Source of the DNA: Taibaiella helva
GTDB taxonomy: Bacteria > Bacteroidota > Bacteroidia > Chitinophagales > Chitinophagaceae
Reading direction: 5' to 3'
Length of the DNA stretch: 42,771 nt
Assembly: GCA_040393285.1 (NCBI GenBank)
Contig: JBEBUO010000001.1
Span: 1-42,771 of the forward strand
Below are positions 37,537 through 42,771 of the stretch, one piece after another. The position numbers and the translations under genes were made by a program. Every line of letters begins with the position of its first letter. The first letter of the stretch is position 1. The notes beneath the pieces were generated by a model. It made no database searches, was not told the origin of the DNA, and saw only the letters and a program-made list of their open reading frames with translations.

Positions 37537-40500
37537 TTATTGTTTGCCGTGGCAGGCTTTGTATTTTTTGCCACTGCCGCAGGGGCAAGGATCATTACGG
37601 CCTATTTTAGGCTCAACAGTAACCGGCTGGCGCCTCGCCTGTGCAGGTTGCTGACCGGGCTCCGTATAATAGTCCTCTTCGTCGGCAGCGTAATTATCAC
37701 CACGTGCATCGATTTGCGCTTTATTGTCCTGCATCTGGCTCATATCGGTACGTTGCCGTGGCGCCTGAGCAGCCTGCGGAGGTGCTTCCTGAACAGGAAT
37801 ACCCGAACGGTACAGGAAGGCAATAATATGCTGATTGGTCTCGAGTAATATTTTCTTAAACAACTCGAAAGCTTCAAATTTATAAATCAGCAAGGGGTCT
37901 TTCTGTTCATAAGAAGCCATTTGTACCGAATGACGGAGGTCATCCATGGCACGCAGGTGATCTTTCCAGCCATCATCAATCATTGCCAGGGTAATGTTCT
38001 TTTCCAGTATGGTCACCACAGGTTTTGCTTCTTGTGCCACCGCATCTTTAAGCGGTACATATATCTGCATACCTTTTATACCATCTGTAAAGGGGATCAC
38101 GATATTCTCGATACGTCCACCCTGCTGTTGCTCTATTTGTTGTAGCTGGGGCAGCATAGCTGCACGCATACTGTCCATTTTCCGTTGGTAAAAATCTTTA
38201 GCCTGCTGATACAACTTGTCGGCCAGGCCATTCGGATCTTTTACATCATCGGCTGTAAGATCGGCTTCAATAGCCAGGTGCTTCATCACCTCTATTTTGT
38301 ATTCCTCCAGGTTACCTTCATACCGGGATGCCAGGTCGGCACATACATCAAAAAGGGCATTGTCAAGGTCAAGGGCAAGGCGGTCGCCAAACAGAGCGTG
38401 GCGGCGGCGCTTATAGATTACATCACGCTGGGCATTCATCACATCATCATACTCCAGCAATCGCTTACGGATACCAAAGTTGTTTTCTTCTACTTTCTTC
38501 TGAGCCCGTTCAATGGATTTGGTGATCATGCTGTGTTGCAATACTTCACCATCTTTATGACCCAATTTATCCATCATGGCCGCAATACGTTCGGAGCCAA
38601 ACAAGCGCATCAGGTCATCCTCCAGAGATACGAAGAACTGGGAAGAACCGGGATCGCCCTGCCGACCGGCACGACCACGCAACTGGCGATCGACGCGTCG
38701 GCTTTCATGCCTTTCCGTACCGATAATGGCCAGACCACCTGCTTCCTTAACGCCGGCACCGAGCTTAATATCCGTACCACGGCCGGCCATATTGGTGGCA
38801 ATCGTCACCGCTCCGGGCAAACCTGCTTCGGCCACAATCTGGGCCTCACGAGCATGCTGCTTGGCATTCAATACATTATGTGGAATCTTCTTTTGGGTAA
38901 GCATACGGCTCAGCAATTCGGAAACTTCTACCGAAGTGGTACCTACCAGGATAGGCCGGCCCACACTGCTCATGGCTTCTATCTCATCGATTACCGCCTT
39001 ATACTTCTCCCGTTTGGTTTTATATACCAGGTCCTGCCGGTCATGGCGGGAAATGGGGATGTTCGTAGGAATCGTCACCACATCCAGTTTATAGATCTGC
39101 CAGAACTCACCGGCTTCCGTCTCGGCCGTACCGGTCATACCGGCCAGCTTATGGTACATCCTGAAGTAGTTTTGCAGGGTCACCGTGGCAAAGGTCTGCG
39201 TTGCTGCCTCTACTGTCACATTTTCCTTGGCTTCAATGGCCTGGTGTAGTCCATCGCTATACCTACGCCCTTCCATAATACGGCCGGTCTGCTCATCCAC
39301 AATTTTCACCTTACCCTCGATCACCACATATTCATCGTCCTTCTCAAACAGGGTATAAGCTTTCAACAATTGTTGCACGGAGTGGATCCGGTCCGCTTTG
39401 GCCGCATATTCCTGTACCAAGGCATCTTTACGCTGTACTTTTTCCTCAGGCGTAGCATCCGATTTATCAATACCAGCCAGTCCGGTAGACATGTCGGGCA
39501 GGATAAAGAAACTAGGATCCTCGCCCGCGCCGGTGATCAGGGCCAGCCCTTTCTCCGTCAGATCAACACTATTTTGCTTTTCGTCTATGGTGAAATACAA
39601 GCCTTCATTCACCTTAGGCATGTGGCGTTGCTGCTCACCTATATAATAGTTTTCCGCTTTTTGCAGGATTTGCTTATTGCCTTCCTCACTCAGGTACTTG
39701 ATGATGGCGCTGTTTTTAGGCAAACCCCGGTATGCCCGGTAAAGTTGCAGGCCGCCGTGCTCCTTGTCTGTTTTGCCTTCGGCTATCAGGCGTTTGGCCT
39801 CGGTCAGCGCCTGGTTCACCAATTTTTTCTGCGCTTCCAGCAACTTTTCAATCCGGGGCTTTAATACATGAAACTGCTGTTCATCACCTTTGGGTACCGG
39901 ACCGGAAATGATCAGTGGCGTACGCGCATCATCGATCAATACGCTATCCACCTCATCGACCATGGCAAAGTGGTGTTTCCTTTGTACCATCTCATCCGGA
40001 TGATGTACCATATTATCACGCAGGTAATCGAAACCAAATTCGTTATTGGTACCATAAATAAGGTCTGCCTGATAAGCTTTACGGCGTTGCGGGGAGTTGG
40101 GCTGATGCTTATCAATACAGTCTACGGTAAGTCCTAACCATTCAAATATCGGTCCGTTCCATTCCTGGTCACGACGCGCCAGGTAATCATTTACCGTAAC
40201 GATATGTACGCCTTGTCCTGAAAGTGCATTGAGGTAGGCGGGCAATGTAGACACCAGTGTCTTACCCTCACCCGTAGCCATTTCAGCTATCTTACCCTGG
40301 TGCAATACCATACCACCGATCAGCTGTACGTCGTAATGCAACATGTTCCAGGTAATGTCGCTACCGGCCGCTTTCCAGGTATTTTTGAAAATTGCCTGAT
40401 CGTTTTCGATCCGTACATATTCCCGGTCAGCCGCAGCCAGCTCTCTGTCCAGCTCTGTAGCGGCAGCTGTCAGTTCTTCATTTTCCTTAAAGCGGCGTGC

Positions 40501-40857
40501 CGTTTCTTTTACTACGGCAAAGGCCTCCGGAAGTAGTGACTCCAGGGCCTCTTCCAAAAGTTCATCGCGCTTTTTTACCAGTTTATCAATTTCTTCATAT
40601 ACCGCTTCCCGCTGTTGCACATCGCCCTCGGTCTGCTCTTCTGCAGCCGCCTTTTTCTCCGCTATCTGAGTGTCCAATGCACTCAGATGGGCCGCAATAC
40701 GCTCCCTGAATTCCACGGTTTTGTGGCGCAGTTCATCGTTACTGAGGGTCTGGTAACGATCATAATGATCATTAATTTCTTTAACTAAGGGCAATACTTT
40801 TTTGACGTCCTTTTCAGACTTATTGCCCCCAAATATTTTGGAGATAAAACCTAACAT
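37537..40857 (-). CDS. secA: Preprotein translocase subunit SecA
   Basis: [41 protein letters not shown]; likely start [11 protein letters not shown] at 40857. Confidence 0.99.
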   Translation of the reverse strand: MLGFISKIFGGNKSEKDVKKVLPLVKEINDHYDRYQTLSNDELRHKTVEFRERIAAHLSALDTQIAEKKAAAEEQTEGDVQQREAVYEEIDKLVKKRDELLEEALESLLPEAFAVVKETARRFKENEELTAAATELDRELAAADREYVRIENDQAIFKNTWKAAGSDITWNMLHYDVQLIGGMVLHQGKIAEMATGEGKTLVSTLPAYLNALSGQGVHIVTVNDYLARRDQEWNGPIFEWLGLTVDCIDKHQPNSPQRRKAYQADLIYGTNNEFGFDYLRDNMVHHPDEMVQRKHHFAMVDEVDSVLIDDARTPLIISGPVPKGDEQQFHVLKPRIEKLLEAQKKLVNQALTEAKRLIAEGKTDKEHGGLQLYRAYRGLPKNSAIIKYLSEEGNKQILQKAENYYIGEQQRHMPKVNEGLYFTIDEKQNSVDLTEKGLALITGAGEDPSFFILPDMSTGLAGIDKSDATPEEKVQRKDALVQEYAAKADRIHSVQQLLKAYTLFEKDDEYVVIEGKVKIVDEQTGRIMEGRRYSDGLHQAIEAKENVTVEAATQTFATVTLQNYFRMYHKLAGMTGTAETEAGEFWQIYKLDVVTIPTNIPISRHDRQDLVYKTKREKYKAVIDEIEAMSSVGRPILVGTTSVEVSELLSRMLTQKKIPHNVLNAKQHAREAQIVAEAGLPGAVTIATNMAGRGTDIKLGAGVKEAGGLAIIGTERHESRRVDRQLRGRAGRQGDPGSSQFFVSLEDDLMRLFGSERIAAMMDKLGHKDGEVLQHSMITKSIERAQKKVEENNFGIRKRLLEYDDVMNAQRDVIYKRRRHALFGDRLALDLDNALFDVCADLASRYEGNLEEYKIEVMKHLAIEADLTADDVKDPNGLADKLYQQAKDFYQRKMDSMRAAMLPQLQQIEQQQGGRIENIVIPFTDGIKGMQIYVPLKDAVAQEAKPVVTILEKNITLAMIDDGWKDHLRAMDDLRHSVQMASYEQKDPLLIYKFEAFELFKKILLETNQHIIAFLYRSGIPVQEAPPQAAQAPRQRTDMSQMQDNKAQIDARGDNYAADEEDYYTEPGQQPAQARRQPVTVEPKIGRNDPCPCGSGKKYKACHGKQ

Positions 40858-40886
40858 GATGTAAATACTTTTTTGATTGTGGATAT

Positions 40887-40929
40887 AAAAACGGAACAGA
40901 TCAAGTGCTGGCAAGCCTTGTTCTATTCC
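40887..40929 (-). terminator. Terminator-like hairpin overlapping the uORF stop codon, upstream of secA
   Basis: GGAATAGAACAAG / CTTGATCTGTTCC (12 of 13 paired, one G-U), 11-nt loop, then GTTTTT. Confidence 0.55.
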
Positions 40930-41360
40930 AGCAATATCCTGCTTTTTTGTTGGAGCGCCTGGCGCAGGTCGAAAGCATAAGTAAAACCTTTGATACCGCC
41001 AGATACGGTAACATCCGTAAGCAGAGCGGTATATGGTGCAGGCTGGCATGCATCAAGCATAAAGGCAGCTACCTGCCCTTTGTAGTTCCTGTCAAATTCA
41101 AGACAGACCTGATACTGGGTCTCTGTGCCCTCCTGGTATGCTGTAATTTTAAACTGGCCCGGTTGCAGCCCTCTGCTCTCCAAAACTTTAGCCAGTGCCA
41201 TCCAGCATTCAAGACTGAGTTCCTGCACCTCGGGACCACTCATTGTAGTGGTATGGGAAAGCGGTGCCTTAACCGACTTACCTGCATGTGCACACGATAC
41301 CGTAGCAATAGTGCTGATGGCGATCAGAAAAGAAAAATAGGAAACCCTTTTCGCATTCAT
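40923..41360 (-). CDS. Exported or lipoprotein hypothetical protein directly upstream of secA
   Basis: [26 protein letters not shown] signal (TVSC lipobox or AHA SPI site); fills the gap between a promoter element and secA. Alternative TTG start 41402. Confidence 0.7.
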   Translation of the reverse strand: MNAKRVSYFSFLIAISTIATVSCAHAGKSVKAPLSHTTTMSGPEVQELSLECWMALAKVLESRGLQPGQFKITAYQEGTETQYQVCLEFDRNYKGQVAAFMLDACQPAPYTALLTDVTVSGGIKGFTYAFDLRQALQQKSRILLE

Positions 41361-41400
41361 GAGTGTGCTGCTTTCGGTATTGTCGTTGCAAATAGTATGC

Positions 41401-41440
41401 AAAAACCCCTGTAGCTGACATATAGGCAGCGTACAAGGGG
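41401..41440 (-). terminator. Bulged hairpin plus U-run, likely terminator of the upstream barrel gene
   Basis: CCCCTTGTACGCTG...CAGCTACAGGGG-TTTTT. Confidence 0.55.
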
Positions 41441-41442
41441 CA

Positions 41443-41450
41443 CAAAGGTA
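41443..41450 (-). promoter_or_regulatory. -7 element (TACCTTTG) for uORF-secA
   Basis: Exact match; no TAnnTTTG seen in the uORF-secA gap. Confidence 0.65.
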
Positions 41451-41508
41451 CGAAAAGCCACTTTAATTGGGAAAATTACACATCGAAATATTTGCCAGGC
41501 ACAGGACT

Positions 41509-42210
41509 TTAAAAGCCTACAAAGAACCCGGCCCGGAAATCGATTGTATTGGCATAGGGGCTCAACGAATATTTATTTCCTTGATCATCAACCCGCATAT
41601 TGGAAGGAATCCGTTGCAACACATCATATGAAGCCATAACAAAGAAAGAACCCAGGCCCTCAATAGGTTGTCGGTAACCCAGGCCCAGTAAAAGACTTGG
41701 AATAGCTATCTGTTGCTTGGGAAAGATAGGCCAGCCATCATCATCATATTTATACCCCCCTGTACCGAAATAGTCACGGAACACAAAGTTATTGAACTCA
41801 AACTGCGCATGTCCAAACAGGTTAGCAATGATATTATACCTGGCCCACACCCCACCGGTATAAATAGATTGGGTAAGGTGAATGTTCTTTTGCTGGTTGG
41901 TGATCAGGTTCCTGACAGTACCGTAGTCCTTCACCCTGAGGTAGTTGTACCCGAGCACGATCCCGGCACCAAAATTATCGGTGATCCGGTACCCTACAGA
42001 GGGGGCAATGGAAATGCTGGTTACCGAGCCAAACGCCAACCCGAGACCACCACCAAAAATCAGTTTGTTGGCATCAAAGCCTTTTTTATCCGTAGCGGGC
42101 TTGAAGGCTGTCTTCGTCTTACTACCGCTGCTGTTATATACCTCCTGAGCCTGTATACCATTTGCGATAGCCAGCGCGAGGCAGAAGAGTGCTACTTTTT
42201 TCATAATCAT
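41509..42210 (-). CDS. Small outer-membrane beta-barrel protein
   Basis: Signal peptide, FGGGLGLAFG and ISIAPSVGYRIT strands, C-terminal Phe; TAAATTTG at 42224-42231 upstream. Confidence 0.8.
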   Translation of the reverse strand: MIMKKVALFCLALAIANGIQAQEVYNSSGSKTKTAFKPATDKKGFDANKLIFGGGLGLAFGSVTSISIAPSVGYRITDNFGAGIVLGYNYLRVKDYGTVRNLITNQQKNIHLTQSIYTGGVWARYNIIANLFGHAQFEFNNFVFRDYFGTGGYKYDDDGWPIFPKQQIAIPSLLLGLGYRQPIEGLGSFFVMASYDVLQRIPSNMRVDDQGNKYSLSPYANTIDFRAGFFVGF

Positions 42211-42252
42211 ATTTTATGCCACACAAATTTACACAGAAATAAACAGACAGGA

Positions 42253-42771
42253 TCAAAGTATCTTTCCCGGGTTCATAATGCCGGCAGGATCAAACAGGTC
42301 TTTAATGCCTTGCATCAGTTGCTTTTGCACCGGGTCAAATATAAGGTCCATATAAGGGCGTTGCACATACCCTATGCCATGCTCACCTGAAAGGGTACCG
42401 CCCACTGAATGTACATAAGTAAAAATCTCCCGGATCGCGCGGGGAAGTTCCTCCTTCCAGCGTAGGTCTGACAAGTCACCTTTCAATATATTGACATGTA
42501 AATTTCCGTCGCCTGCATGGCCATAACAAACGGAGCGAAAGCCGTATTTATTGCCTGTTTCCTTCACTTTAGCAAGCAATTGGGGTAAAAAGGCGCGGGG
42601 TACCACCGTATCTTCCTCCTTATATACCGAACTGCTTTTCACCGCTTCTCCGACCACCCTGCGCAGGCGCCATAACTGCTGCTTCTGCTCATGAGTCTCT
42701 GCCAGGAGCAGCTCCCCGGTATCAAACTGCTCCAGAATAGTGGAAATGCCTTCCATTTCCTGAAATAAGCG
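42253..42771 (-). CDS. FAD-linked oxidase (GlcD/D-2-hydroxyacid dehydrogenase-like), C-terminal part
   Basis: EEDTVVP, GHAGDGNLH, SGEHGIG, DPAGIMNPGK; frame open to the window edge. Confidence 0.93.
   Translation of the reverse strand, partial: RLFQEMEGISTILEQFDTGELLLAETHEQKQQLWRLRRVVGEAVKSSSVYKEEDTVVPRAFLPQLLAKVKETGNKYGFRSVCYGHAGDGNLHVNILKGDLSDLRWKEELPRAIREIFTYVHSVGGTLSGEHGIGYVQRPYMDLIFDPVQKQLMQGIKDLFDPAGIMNPGKIL

Noticed and set aside
40878-40886. Near-DnaA box TGTGGATAT upstream of secA
   Set aside because: Single site with one mismatch, expected by chance.
40858-41049. 64-codon in-frame N-terminal extension of secA (includes RPAPGAP) overlapping the uORF; possible frameshift fusion or arrest motif
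   Set aside because: [11 protein letters not shown] looks like a normal SecA start, the extension is not protein-like, and I saw no convincing evidence of frameshifting.
1-42771. CRISPR arrays, IS elements, prophage, rRNA or tRNA genes
   Set aside because: No spaced direct repeats, transposase, integrase, phage genes or stable-RNA signatures were recognised by eye.

Overview
Core-genome segment of a Bacteroidota chromosome, most likely Chitinophagales (inferred from gene content, many TAnnTTTG -7 promoter elements, A-rich start regions without Shine-Dalgarno sites, and signal peptides followed by Gln). Housekeeping genes: rplY (partial), prs, rseP, dxr, ribH, coaE, yajC, nusB, lysA, iscA-like, psd, cdsA, ppk2, gltP-like, lolE-like, ftsX, secA and a partial FAD-linked oxidase. 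No rRNA, tRNA, CRISPR array, integrase or transposase was recognised. Most notable: (1) an unannotated 21-aa Lys-codon leader peptide with a terminator/antiterminator pair upstream of lysA, a candidate ribosome-dependent lysine attenuator; (2) an exported uORF directly upstream of secA whose stop codon lies in a terminator-like hairpin, a candidate SecM-like secretion monitor working through transcription attenuation; (3) two tandem ~745-aa exported paralogues with a caspase/separase-like (clan CD) His-Cys motif pair; (4) two tandem tiny 4-Cys lipoproteins; (5) an orphan flexirubin-type ketosynthase pair with no ACP; (6) a 1.2-kb gene-free region with an AT-rich half and a hairpin-rich half. 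All calls come from reading the sequence and motifs by eye; no searches were run.
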